NCBI RefSeq assembly: GCF_006345805.1
Contig: NC_042997.1
Span: 142,910,001-142,974,000 of the forward strand
Length of the DNA: 64,000 bases
DNA from: Octopus sinensis
Lineage: Eukaryota
Direction of reading: 5' to 3'
Positions 38,327-51,312 of the stretch are shown here, in pieces (the stretch's first letter is position 1; every line of letters begins with the position of its first letter). The notes beneath the pieces are model-generated. The model searched no databases. It saw nothing but the letters and a program-made list of their open reading frames with translations, and was not told the DNA's origin. The translations under genes were made by a program, and so were the position numbers.

Positions 38327-38545
38327 GAGTGTGTATGTATGTATGTATATATGTGTGTGTGCGTGTGAGAGCGAAACTGAGTTCTATAAGTGCTGCGTTT
38401 TATGCATATATTTATGTATGTATGTATTTATGTATATATGTGTGTGTGTGTGTGTGTGTGTTTGTGTGTGCATGTGTGTGTGTATGTGTGTGTGTGTATT
38501 TATATCCGTGAGTGTGTGAGCAAAACTGAGTTCTAGAAGTGCTGT
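38080..38545. repeat. Compound microsatellite (TATG/TA/GATA/TG) with three copies of a ~45-bp spacer
   Basis: AAAC(TG)AGTTCTA.A.GTGCTG..TTTTATG recurs at ~38247, 38373 and 38521. Confidence 0.8.
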
Positions 38546-39613
38546 GTTTTATGTGCTTTCCATCGACATGGTACGCTGACTCCCCCAATGCAATCAACCA
38601 AACTCTCTCTCATCATGCACTATGCCTGCCTTTCCCCCATTGCTCCTGTAGCCTAACCCTACCTTGTCATCTTTCTCTCTCTCTCTCATGTCTCCGCCCC
38701 GCCATGTCAACGGTATCATTGCCATCTAGCTTCTCCACTTACTCTCTTATGCACCTCTCTCATCCTCCCCAATTTGTGATTCATCGGTCATTGACCTACT
38801 GCATTACCTAACTTCTCTACGGCTGCATGCTGCTTCCTCATCTCCTCCTCTACTGTTTCCCATACACTCTAGCAATAACCCCGCCCACACAATCATTTCT
38901 TACATTGTGCATTGAGGGGCCACCTGGACACCTCATCTCCCATCTATCGCTTTCGCAACTCCTACTAGCCTACTGATCATTCTCTCTCCTTCCCATACTA
39001 AGCATGAGTAACCACACAGCTCTTCTATAGGAACCCGCTCTGACCCACCTCCATTTCTCTCATACTCACATCTTGTAACATAAAACCCTCACTTCCTCAG
39101 GCATCTGTAAACCTGTGCAGAAGCCCCCCAAAAAAGAATCCAGTACATGCTGTAAAATGGTTGGCATTAGGAAGGGCATCCAGCCATAGAAACCATGCCA
39201 GAGCAGATGGAGTACAATACAGTCCTTAGATCCATTGGATCCTGTTAAGCCATCCAACACATGCCAGCATGCAACATGGACATTAAATGATGATAATCTC
39301 TACTTTGAGATTCTGATATATCTCTTCTCAATTCCCCATTTCTGTTGGTCTATTGTATATTTCAGTGTAATTCAATGATTTAGTTGAGGATTTGGCTTCT
39401 CTTTCCAGCAAGTAGGCGACTTGTGTGCCCGCTATTGTAATTATAGTTAATTATAGTTATAAATTTTATTCTCTAGCTATTTAATGCTATTATTACTTGC
39501 TATCACATATATTTTTGTTGTTGCTATTACCAATTATTTAAATTTAACAATAACAATAAAAAATATCTATATAAATATTCATTTGAATATTTACTCCTTG
39601 CATATATATGCAT

Positions 39614-39728
<115 letters not shown>

Positions 39729-40809
39729 CATGTAGTAAAGAAGTGCGGCCTAGTTATCTGGGTGTTTGGCTCATGATCATAATGTTGTCAGTTCAAATAC
39801 TGAACCTAGTGACATGTAATATACCTGAGTAATAATTTCATGTTAGTCTACTCCAGTCTATTCAGGTGAAAAAATGAGTACCAGCTGAATATTGGTACAG
39901 CCCTCACTCCCTCCATTTCCAGCTGTCACATCCTGAACGTGGGAGCTGGGACAAAGGATGTGAGAGTTAAGAGGGCACTTCTGTCTGCTCACAACAAAGT
40001 TGGTACATGAAACAATTAATGAAATCGAAATCATGTATGTTTGTTATGTGAACATACCTGTTCACAGGTGACAGTTGGCTGTTCATGTATATCATCACCA
40101 TCATCTTCATCATCATCATTTAAAGTTTGTTTTCCATGTTAGCATGGGTTGGACGGTTTGACAGAAGCTGGCAAGCCAGAGGACTGCACCGAAGTCTATT
40201 GTCTCCTTTGGCACACTTTACAGCTCATGCTGGATGCATTTTACATGGTACCAACACCAGAAGTGGTCACCAAGTAACTTCCAAGAACAAAATCTCCTTG
40301 ACCAGGGAGTGAGGAATAGTATTGAGCAAAGTGGCTTTGTGCCAGTTGATGAGAGGTTGAAAGGTATAATAGGGGGATGAAGATAGATGTCTTGTTGTAA
40401 AGAAAATTATATGGCCTACCCCAGCTGGAAAAAAGAGAGAGTTACAAACAGTTAGAGAGAGAGATGATGATGGTGGTGGTTAAGATATGTCAGGGAGAGA
40501 TATGTTTTATATTCACCACCTCCACATACCTCAAGGGGAGGAGGCTTCCATACATGACAGATTCCCCTCAGAAAGTATTGGTGAACTCTAGGTAATAGTA
40601 GTAAACACCTGCTCAAGGTGCCATGCAGTGGGGTAGAACTCAAAACTTTATAGTTGTTAAGTGAACTGAACTCCTTACGTGCACAGCCATGCCTGTATTT
40701 GTCACTGAATATGTTGAAAGAAAATGTCTTTGTAACCAGAAGCTTTTCTCACTGAAAAAACAACTCAGCTGTGAATTAGAAGTAGGACATATCAGCCATG
40801 TCTACGGAG

Positions 40810-41651
40810 GCTAGAGAAATGTGCTTTGATGATTGGGGGGTGGGGTAGTGAAGAGGTGAGCAGAACACAGAGGCTTGAGTAAGGTTTGAACACACTATCA
40901 TGTATACAACAGTTCAGCATCTTAACCCTTACAGCCATCATAATATGCACAGCTCTTTCAACAGTTAAAAAATTGATGTAGTAGTAGTAGTGGTGGTGGT
41001 GGCGGCGGCGGCGGCGCAGCAACAGCGCCTGCGGCAGCAGCAGCAATTGTAGTAGTAGTTGTAGCAGTGGTGGTAGGAATGGCAGTGGTGGTGGTAATAA
41101 TATACCAGCAGCAGCAGCAGTAGAGACAACAACAATGACAGCATCAATAAGAACAGCAGCAGCAGCAACAGCAGCCGTCCAAGAATTTGTACCTAGAGAT
41201 CTCCATTTCCAGCAACTTCAAGGGCCACCTCCAAGTGGTGTTGGGTGTCAACGAAGAGCTCTCGACTACAAGACGACCAAAGTTTTTTTTTTTCCAAGGT
41301 CTGGGGTCACCCGCCCCTAAGCCCTAGACTATCACCTAATCACCCTTACCAACAACAACAACAGCAGCAGCAAGTAGTAGTAGTAGTAGTAGTAGCAGCA
41401 GCAGTAGCAGTAGCAGTAGTAGTAGTAGTAGTAGTGGCAACAGCTAGATTCAGTCAACCCTGACCAGACAGACAGACCAGTTACGTATAGTTACCAACCA
41501 AACAAGAGAAATGTGCTTTGACGATCGAGGGGAAGAGTGAAGAGGTGAGCAGAACACAGAGACTTGAGTAAGGTTTGAACACGCTATCATGTTCAGCATC
41601 TTAACCCTCACAGCCATCATACTATGCACGGTTCTTTCAACAGTAAAAACT

Positions 41652-41697
<46 letters not shown>

Positions 41698-41908
41698 CAG
41701 CAGCAGCAGCAGCAGCGGTAGTGGTGGTGGTGGTGGTGGCAGTGGTAGTAGTAGTAGTAGTAGTAGTAGCAGCAGCAGCGGTAGTGGTGGTGGTGGTGGT
41801 GGTGGCAGTGGTAGTAGTAGTAGTAGTAGTAGTAGTAGCAGCAGCAGCAGCAGCAGCAGCGGTAGTGGTGGTGGTGGTGGTGGCAGTGGTAGTAGTAGTA
41901 GTAGTAGT

Positions 41909-41940
<32 letters not shown>

Positions 41941-42035
41941 TGGCACTGGTAGTGGCGGTGGCGGTGGCGGCGGCAGTGATAGAGGTGGTGGTAGTGGTGG
42001 TGGTGAGGGTGGAGGAGGAGCTTCTGTGTAGCAGC
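40810..42035. repeat. Duplicated SINE-relic flank plus higher-order GTA/GCA/GTG trinucleotide arrays
   Basis: 40812-40975 matches 41503-41652. 41652-41945 holds about three iterations of (GTA)n(GCA)nGCGGTA(GTG)nGCAGTG. Confidence 0.9.
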
Positions 42036-42683
42036 AACTTCTATACAGGAGCAACAGACCAGACAAGGTTGAAATTGACTTTCTGACCAATCAAATATAT
42101 GATATTATAAACCAATGAAGGGGGTCTCTATCAATAGTCACTTTACATGCTAGAAACTGCAGTGAAATTACACTTAAATCATATCTTACTGTTTTAAAAA
42201 AAAGATGGGACCAAAACACCTACAGAGCTGTTGCATCACCTGATGAGACACTGTTTCCTACATTCAGAAACAGAGTAAGGCAACACCTTCAGCATACATG
42301 TTACCCTAAATGTAGTATTAAATACTTGGTGCTTGGAGAGAGACAAGGTGGGATGGCCATAGGTGGAATAGTTTTGATTGAGGTTTGCTCAATTAATGCC
42401 AACCAAGTGATAAACAACAACAAATAACAGCAATTATGAGCCAACAAGCGAATCTCTACATGGTAGCTCAAACTACAAGAATAAAAACAAAAAGTGGAAG
42501 TCCCCTCAAGTTGCAACCATCATGAAAAGCAAAAAGTCCTAGGATACATTGTCTGAAGATTAGTTGTGATAGTTGTGGCTGGAATGCTATTCCCTTCCAG
42601 TCATTTCAAAATGTAGCCACATGTAAATCGTTGGGGATTTTTTCCTCCATCTTCCCTTTCCCTTGGACTTTCTTCTGTTTCCT

Positions 42684-42718
42684 GTTTCTGAAGAAGAGCT
42701 TTGCTCAAAACGTAAAAC
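42684..42718 (+). ncRNA. Minimal type I hammerhead ribozyme motif, G12>A (likely inactive), in a TA-flanked element ~42600-42830
   Basis: GTTT-CTGAAGA-A-GAGC-TTT-GCTC-AAAA-CG-TA-AAAC: stem I GTTT/AAAC, stem II GAGC/GCTC, palindromic ACGT stem III. Confidence 0.65.
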
Positions 42719-42844
42719 TACCTTTCTTTCCTTCCCTGAGCATCTGCTAATACTTTGAATATACTATGTCCTTGCATTGCTGTTTTTTTTCTTGTGTTAG
42801 TTCTTTGTTTTTTTTTTTGATCTATTATATATATATATCCAATA

Positions 42845-43037
42845 CTGCCTGACTGGCACGTAAAATCACCCAGTGCACTCTCGGAGTGGTTGGCATTAGG
42901 AAGAGCATCCAGCTGTAAAAACTCTGTCAGATCAGATTGGAGTCTGGTGCAGCCATCTGGTTTGCCAGACCTCAGTCAAATCGTCCAACCCATGCTAGCA
43001 TGGAAAGTGGACGTTAAACGATGATGATGATGATGAT

Positions 43038-43069
<32 letters not shown>

Positions 43070-43070
43070 A
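42845..43070 (+). mobile_element. RTE 3' UTR with (GAT)n tail
   Basis: Conserved UTR motif. Confidence 0.85.
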
Positions 43071-43243
43071 TATTTATATATAGTGTAATAGGATAATAGG
43101 ATGTCTTTGTGGTTAAATGGAAGGGGTTAGTAAAGACAGCAATGCAAGGACAAGGGTTAACAAATAAGGTATTAGCTTAACAGTGTTTTAAATGCTTTGA
43201 GCATTAGTCCTTCCTCAGAAGAAAGAGAAAAGCATAGAGGAAT

Positions 43244-43279
<36 letters not shown>

Positions 43280-46200
43280 AATACTAAGTGATAAAAAAGA
43301 GGAAGGGCAAAAGAGAAGGTGGTGAAAAAAGAAAACGGTAAGATCATGGGAAGTTATGCACAATGCAAAGAGTAGTAAAAATATATATCCAAAATAATCT
43401 AGAGAGTAATTTAAGTTGAAAGTTTGAGTTTTGAGGTTTTCCAGTCTTCCAACTGAATAGAATATGCACAACTGAAGAGGCCTAATAAGACTGAAACTTA
43501 CCTGTTGTTTTAACCAGTTGGATTTAAAGATCAGATCCACTCCAATCTGTACTTTTAGACAATAACAATATGCTAGCAATATGATTTATCACACTGGCAT
43601 GATGCCACATATTTGCATAGTAGGTTGAAATGCCTTCACTACATAAACAACTACTTATTTTATCAATCCTGATGAGAGTGAGAGAGAGAGAGAGAGCCCT
43701 TAAGTAGTCACTAAACCTGCTAGAACTAGCAGCCAAATTTCCTTCAGCTCACATCTTACTGTCTTGTAAAAGAAAGGACAGACTGGACAATGAAGTAATT
43801 AATAAAAAATGATGATGATCAAAACTAGGATACTTCTGATCATAAATCTGCTAAACTGGAGCCGATAGGAGGATAAACATTAACCATCTTTAATGGGTGA
43901 CAGGAAAAGTCAACCGCAGTGGGATTTGATCTTAGAACCTAAAGGTGGTAGTAGTAGTAGTGGTAGTGGTAGTGGTGGTGGTGGTGGTGGTGGTGGTGGT
44001 GGTGGTGGTTTTAGTAGTAATAGTAGTAGTCATTGTTGTATGGGGACGTGCTGTCCCCATACTCCTACTCCTAGCAGGTGACACCTTTGCCCCACTCAGG
44101 CGACAACCTTTCATCCCATGTGTCTGTTTGGGGGATACGCTGCTGGTGAAGGTTTTACGAGGTCAGAGTGTAAATCCTACCTCAACCGCTTTTAGTTGCT
44201 TTTTACGACATGCAAAGGAAACATTGGATCTATTCCTTCACATGCCAGTCCACACACAACACTAGACCAATGTGAAATGAAGTGTCTTGCTCGAGAACAC
44301 AACACACCACTCAGCCCAGGAATTGAACCCATGATCTAGTGACAATGAGTGCAACACCTTAACTAATAGGGATATGACTAAATTATCTGGTTATTTTACC
44401 CTTTAGCATTTAATCTAACCATATCTGGCCCAAGTATTGAACCTGTTTTATGTTAAAACTGACTAGATCCAGCCTCTCACACCTACCCTACAATGTCATT
44501 CTAAAAATATACAAACATACCATTGAAATCTCGAGGCCACAAAATAATGTGTGATTAATTCAAAACAACGTAAATAAATAAGCATTACATTTGACAAAGA
44601 AATCTAAATGCCACACTTCAACATTGCAACTATCATTCACTGGTCAAGCTTGCTTGGATTAGAAGGACCCTAAATGCACAAATGGAAATAACTATAGACT
44701 TATATAGTAGTTTTTAACCTCAGTGGTTATGGAGAGGTCCTGAGCTCATAAGAGGTGGGGGGGAGCACTATGGGAGGAATGCTAAGTGTTTAGAGGTGGG
44801 TTGTGATTTTCCTTAAAAATTAAATATTTAAACCAGCTATGATATTTGCATCTTATACTTCATCATCATCATCATCACTGAATGTCCACTTTTCTATGCT
44901 TGCATGGTTCGGACAGAATTTGCTGAGGCAGATTTTGTACAGCTGGATGCCCTTCCTGTCACCAACCCACACCTGTTTCAAAGCAAGGTAATATTTCTCC
45001 AAGGCTAGACACATTTTTTTCATGGAAGACTGGAAATGAACAACCTCATATGTATGATAATGATGCTCATTTACAACTATCATGTGATGTCTCAACATAC
45101 ACACACACATGCACATGTGCACATGCATACACACATGCATGCACATGCACATACATGCATGAATACATACATATATACATACTTACATACATATATATAT
45201 ACATGCATACATACATACATGCATACATACATACATACATACATACATACATACATACATACATACATGCATTTGTTTCCATCTATCAAATCCTTGCACA
45301 GGGCTTTGGTTGGCCTGGAACAGTATTAGAAGACACTTACCCAAGGCACTGTGCCCTGGAAATTTCTCAATTGTTTTAACCAGTTTTAGGATATAAGTTG
45401 GACAGTTATTGTGTTATCAATATCAGTGTTATCAGTGAGTGGAAACATAGCAGAAAAGGGGCCAATGTTCAATATAAGTCCTAGCCTTTCCTTAGTGACT
45501 GCCATAATAATTTAGCAATGGGGTCAGTAATCTGTGCAAATATCTAAAAGGAAGAACTTAGCACATGTTAAAATATGGCATGGAATCACTGCAATAAATA
45601 ATCTTTGTTATATTAGCCCTGCAGGGTGGTTGGTGTTAGGAAGGGCATCCAGCTGGAAAAAAAAACATGCTAAAACAGTGAGTGAAACCTGGTGCAGTCT
45701 TCTACCTAGCTAGCTCCTGTCAAACTGTCCAACCCATGGCAGTATGGAAAGCAGACATTAAATAATAATAATAATAACGACGACGACCCTTTTGATACCA
45801 ACCCACCTGAGACTGCCCTTGGTTCTGTGTTAAAAATTTCCTGTTTTAAAGTAACTGACACTATGTTAGTTACAATGACAAGGGTTCCAGTTGATCCGAT
45901 TACCAGAACAGCCTGTTCATGAAGTTAATGTGCAAGTGGCTGAGCACTCCACAGACACACGTACTCTTAACATAGTTTTCAAGGAGATTCAGCATGACAG
46001 AGTGTGACAAGGCTGGCCCATTGAAATACAAGTAGTATGATATTTATTTTTGCCAGCTGAGTGGACTGGAGCAATGTGAAATAGAGAATTTCATTCAAGT
46101 CCACAACACAACAACAGGAATTAAACTCATTTTCTCACAACTGTGAACTAAATACCCCAAACCACTAAGGTTTTAAAGTAAGCTAAATTAAAATCTTTCA

Positions 46201-47539
46201 TAAAATTTTCATGTTGATGTATGTTCCAAACACCAGTTTAATAATCCTTTCTACTATAGGCACAAGGCCTGAAATTTGTGGGGAGGAGTCAGCCGATTAT
46301 ATCGACCCCAGTATGCAACCGGTACTTAATTTATTGACCCTGAAAAGATGGAAGGCAAAGTTGACCCCAGTGGCATTTGAACTCAGAATGTGAAGACAGA
46401 CTAAATACCTATTTCTTTACTACCCACACAGAGAGGACAAACAAGGACAGATAAACGGACCAAGTCGGTCATATCAACTCCAGTGCGCAACTTGTACCTA
46501 TTTAATCGACCTCAAAAGGATGAAAGGCAAAGTCGACCTCAGCAGAATTTGAACTCAGAGCGTAGAGGCAGACGAAATACCACTAAGCATTTCGCCCGAC
46601 ATGCTAACGATTCAGCCAGCTCACCGCCTTAAACACCAGTTTTACAATAGCAAATTTGTTTTACTAAATTTTCATCACTTTCAAAATGAATTGAAACAAA
46701 CACAATGTATTTCAATAGAAACATGATAACAAAAGTGTTAAAAATATTCTGCTGTATTTTATTTTTTAAATATATGTAGAGGGTGTTGTAAACCGCCATT
46801 TTGTTTAAAGGGTCATTGAACTACAAAAGGTTGAGAAGCAATGTTCTCTAATATATCACAATATATCACACAGTAAAGTTCAAGAGATAGAAGTCACATA
46901 TCCTGTCTAAATATCCGTTAAACAATCACAAACTAGCAACACTTCTCTTTTTGTTTCAGATTCTTAAAATTTCAAGATATATCTGAAATAATAATTTTTT
47001 TTATCAACAAAAATTGGTGTGAAGCATATGGGTTGAAGAGAGGGTCTTTTGTAGGGAAGAACTCAAATTAAAATGCTGATTTCAAATTTTGGCACAAGGC
47101 CAGCAATTTTGGGGGTAAAGGAATAAGTTGATTACATCGACCCCCTAGGGTTCAACTCATACTTATTTTATAACTCAAATTAAAATATTGATTTCAAATT
47201 TTTGCAAAAGGTCAGCAATATCGGAAGTGGGGGTAAGCCAATTACATCAACCCCAGTGTTCAACTGGCACTTAATCTATCGACCCCAAAAAGATGAAAGG
47301 CAAAGTCAACCTTGGTGGAATTTGAACTTCAAATGTAAAGATGGACAAAACACTGCCAAGCATTTTGTTTGGTATGCATTTTGCCAGCTTGCCACCTTAA
47401 CTATTAAAAATTTAAATTAAAATGCAGTAAAAAGTTATAAGAACAAGCAAAATTCAAGTCTGAATTAATAAATATCAGATATTTTGAATCTAAATTGAAT
47501 CTTATATTGCCATTTAAATTTTTGTAAGCATCATAGGTG

Positions 47540-47695
47540 CAGAGTGGCTGTGTGGTAAGAAGTTTGCTTCCCAACCACATTGTTCTGGTTTCAGTCCCAC
47601 TGCGTGGCACCTTGGGCAAGTGTCTTCTACTATAGCCTCAGGCCGCCCAAAGCCTTGTGAGTGGATTTATTAGACGGAAACTGAAAGAAGCACGT

Positions 47696-47728
<33 letters not shown>

Positions 47729-47940
47729 TTATGTCTTTGTGTCTGTGTTTTCCCCCCTTCACCGCTTGACCACTCGGTGTGTTTACATCCCTGTAACTTA
47801 GCAGTTTGGCAAAAGAGATCGATAGAATAAGTACTAGGCTCAAAGAATAAATCCTAGGGTCGATTTGTTTGACTATAAAAACCTTTCAAGGTGGTGCTCC
47901 AGCATGGCCGCAGTCAAATGACTGAAAGAAGTAGAATAAT
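47540..47940 (+). mobile_element. SINE family A, full-length
   Basis: Matches 8780-9175. Further copies at 48040-48380, 49262-49425, 49910-50122 and 60525-60900. Confidence 0.88.
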
Positions 47941-48711
47941 AAAAGAATTACCACTAATAACTGTCTTCATTTGTTTCAGTTTAAGAAAAACATTTTTAAA
48001 TGTTTTTAAAAATTCAAATCTTAAAATTAAAAAGATATGGCTGTGTGCTTCAGGTTCAGTCCCACTGCACAGCACCTTAGGCAAGTGTCTTCAATTATAG
48101 CCCTAGGTTGACCAATGCATGGTGAGTGAATTTGGTAAATGGAAACTGTGTTGAAGACCAGTCTATCTATCTTTGCGCTTGTGTTTGTGTGTGTTCATCA
48201 TTCCCTCTGCTTGACAATTAGTGTTGTTTTGATTATGTCCCCATAACTTAGCGGTTTGGCAAAAGGGACCAATAGAATAAGTACCAAACTTTAAATGCAC
48301 TTAAGTACTGGGGTCAATATCTTTGACTAAAATCCTTCAAGACAGTGCTCCACAATGGCCACAGTCCAATGACCAAAAGATAAAAGGTGGATGCATAGTT
48401 CTGAGCTGGTATCATGCAATTAAGGAAAGTCAGTCTCAAGTGGCTTAGTATCAAAAGGGCCATTTTTGGCCTCCTAGCCAAAAATGGTTGAAGTGCTACG
48501 TCTAAAACCTAAACAAATGGCATTCTGTCAGTTATAACGATGAGGGTACCAGCTGATCTGATCAACGGAACAGCCTGCTAGTGAAATTAATGTTCAAGTA
48601 GCTGAGAACTCTACAAACATGTGTACCCTTAATGTAGTTCTCAGAGAGATTCAATGTGACACAGAATGTGACAAGGCTGGTCCTTTGAAGTACAGGTACA
48701 ATTCATTTTTG

Positions 48712-49094
48712 TGGAGGCGCAATGGTCCAGTGGTTAGGGCAGCGGACTCGCGGTCATAGGATCGCGGTTTCGATTCCCAGACCGGGCGTTGTGAGTGTTT
48801 ATTGAGCAAAAACACCTAAAAGCTCCACAAGGCTCCGGCAGGGGATGGTGGTGATCCCTGCTGTACTCTTTCACCACAACTTTCTCTCGCTCTTTCTTCC
48901 TGTTTCTGTTGTACCTGTATTTCAAAGGGCCGGCCTTGTCACTCTCTGTGTCACGCTGAATATCCCCGAGAACTACGTTAAGGGTACACATGTCTGTGGA
49001 GTGCTCAGCCACTTACACGTTAATTTCATGAGCAGGCTGTTCCGTTGATAGGATCAACCGGAACCCTCGTCGTCGTAACCGACAGAGTGCTTCC
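48712..49094 (+). mobile_element. tRNA-derived SINE family D with ~14-bp TSD, inserted in an oppositely oriented SINE sharing the same tail (48530-49235)
   Basis: A box TGGTCCAGTGG, B box GGTTTCGATTCC; TSD ACAATTCATTT(T/A)TG at 48698-48711 and 49095-49108. Confidence 0.88.
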
Positions 49095-49441
49095 ACAATT
49101 CATTTATGCCAACTGAGTGGACTGGAACAATGTGAAATAAACTATCTTGCTCAAGGTACACAATATGCCACCAGGAATCAAACTCACAACCTCACATTCA
49201 TAAGCTGAATGACCTAACTACTAAGCCACATGCCTTCATATATAAAATAAAATATATATAAGGCGCAGAAGTGGCTGTGTGGTAAGAAACTTGCTTCCCA
49301 ACCACATGGTTCTGGATTCAGTCCTACTGTGTGGCACCTTGGGCAAGTGCCTTCTACTGTAGCCTCAGGCCAACCAAAGCATTGCGAGGGGATTTGGTAG
49401 ATAGAAACTGAAAAGAAGCCCATCATATATATATATATATA

Positions 49442-49555
49442 TATAAGAATTTTTTGCATTATGAGATAAAAAAAACAACATTTATAGATATCTATAAATG
49501 TTCTGATATCTACACAGACTTGGTATTTTATCTCATTACGCAAAAAATTCTTATA
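49442..49555. repeat. TA-embedded mini-foldback: 30-bp TIRs (28/30 match) around a perfect 26-bp palindrome
   Basis: TATAAGAATTTTTTGC.T.ATGAGATAAAA arms; AACATTTATAGATATCTATAAATGTT at 49477-49502. Confidence 0.8.
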
Positions 49556-50567
49556 TACACATGCTGACATATGACCAACGTTGAACCCCTTATTTGCAAA
49601 ATCACCAAGCCTGGAACTTAACTATAGTCTGTCTATAGCACTTATTCAGCGTTACCTGACACCTTTGGGTCTCAATGACACCATTACCCCTTATAACCTA
49701 TATATATATATATATCCCTCTCTCTCTCTTTCGGAGAGGCACAAGCACCTACACGCACATATACACACACGGCAGTAACTTCCGCCTGCCGAATTCCATC
49801 ACAAAGCTTCGGTCGGCTCGGGGCTATAGCAGAAAACACCTACCCAAAGTGCCACGCAGTGGGAATGAACCCGAAACCATGTAGCTATATATATATATAT
49901 ATGTCATATGTGTGTGTGTGTGTATGTCTGTGTCCACCATTGCTTGACAACTGATGTCGGTGTGTTTACGTCCCTGTAACTTGGCAGTTCAGCAAAAGAG
50001 ACTGATAGAATAAGTACCAGGCTTACAGAGAATAAGTCCTGGGGTCGGTTTGTTCGACTAAAAAACGCTGCTCCAGCATGGCCACAGTCAAATGACTGAA
50101 ACAAGTAAAAAAGGATAAAAGAATACAATTAGCTAACAATAAATAACCACAATTCTGCTAACTTGGTATTTGTAATGGTTAATGACAAACCTTCACTGGA
50201 ATTGGTTATATACAGCCGGAGGTAACAGCTTGAGAATTACTAAGAGCCACCAACATATATATATTTTTTTTTTTAATTGCCAAAGGTAAATAAAGAGAGG
50301 GAATCAATATAACCAATGAGTTTTAGTTAATAAAACATATGTACATGACATCTCCTAGTAGCAGACAGTCTTATTCAGCTGCTGCTAAATGTCTGGTTTC
50401 AGTAACATTAAGGCATAGCCATAGGCTTAAAAAGTTCACTTTGCAACCATATGATTCTGAGTTCAATTCTACTGCATGGTACTTTGGGCAAAAGTCTTCT
50501 ATTGTAGACATATACACATGGAATTTGGTAGACTGGAAACTGTGAGGAAACCTGATATATATATATC

Positions 50568-51240
50568 ATTATCATCATCATCGTTTAACATCCACTTTCC
50601 ATGCTAGCATGGGTTGGACAATTTGACTGAGGACTGGCGAACCAGATGGCTCCACCAGGCTCCAATCTTGATTTGGCAGAGCTTCTACAGCTGGATGCCC
50701 TTCCTAATGCCAACCACTCTGAGAGTGTAGTGGGTGCTTTTACATGCCACCGGCACAAGGGCCAGTCAGGCGGTACTGGCAACGGTCATGGAAAAATCGT
50801 GTTTTTTTTTTACGTGTCACCTGCACACCGGCACAAGCACCAGGAAAGCGACGCTGGTAACGATCATGCTTAATGGTGCAGATCCACACATACAGTGTGA
50901 CACCTTGTGCAAGTGCCTTCTACCATAGCCCTGGGCTGACCCATCCAAGATGGAGACAAGTACCAACGTTCCATGTGGCAAGCTTGATAATTGTTGAGAG
51001 ATATCTCCCAACATGAAATCAATGGTAGCCTTGTTAAGCCACAAATAAAGTATATATATATATCATCATCATCATCATTTAGCGTCTGTTTTCCATGCTG
51101 GCAGGGGTTATACAGTTTGAGTGGAACTGGTAAGCTGGAGAGCTGTACCAGGCTCCAGCTTGGTTTGGCTTGGTTTCTGCGGTTGGATGCCCTTCCTTAT
51201 GCCAACTACTCCAAGAATTTAGTGGATGTCTTTTACAGGT
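50568..51240 (-). mobile_element. Two RTE 3' UTR fragments (50568-50870, 51062-51240)
   Basis: (CAT)n tails and UTR motif. Confidence 0.8.
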
Positions 51241-51312
51241 CACTCTAATATATATATATACACACATACAGACATATATATATGTATGTATATGTATATA
51301 TATATATATATA

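Noticed and set aside
41450-42090. 135-195 aa low-complexity proteins
   Set aside because: Frames stay open because trinucleotide repeats lack stop codons; no splice or domain support.
43502-43546. 45-nt minus-strand exon (IGVDLIFKSNWLKQQ) with a CAG|GTAAGT donor
   Set aside because: Strong donor but a weak acceptor, and too short to support without transcript data.
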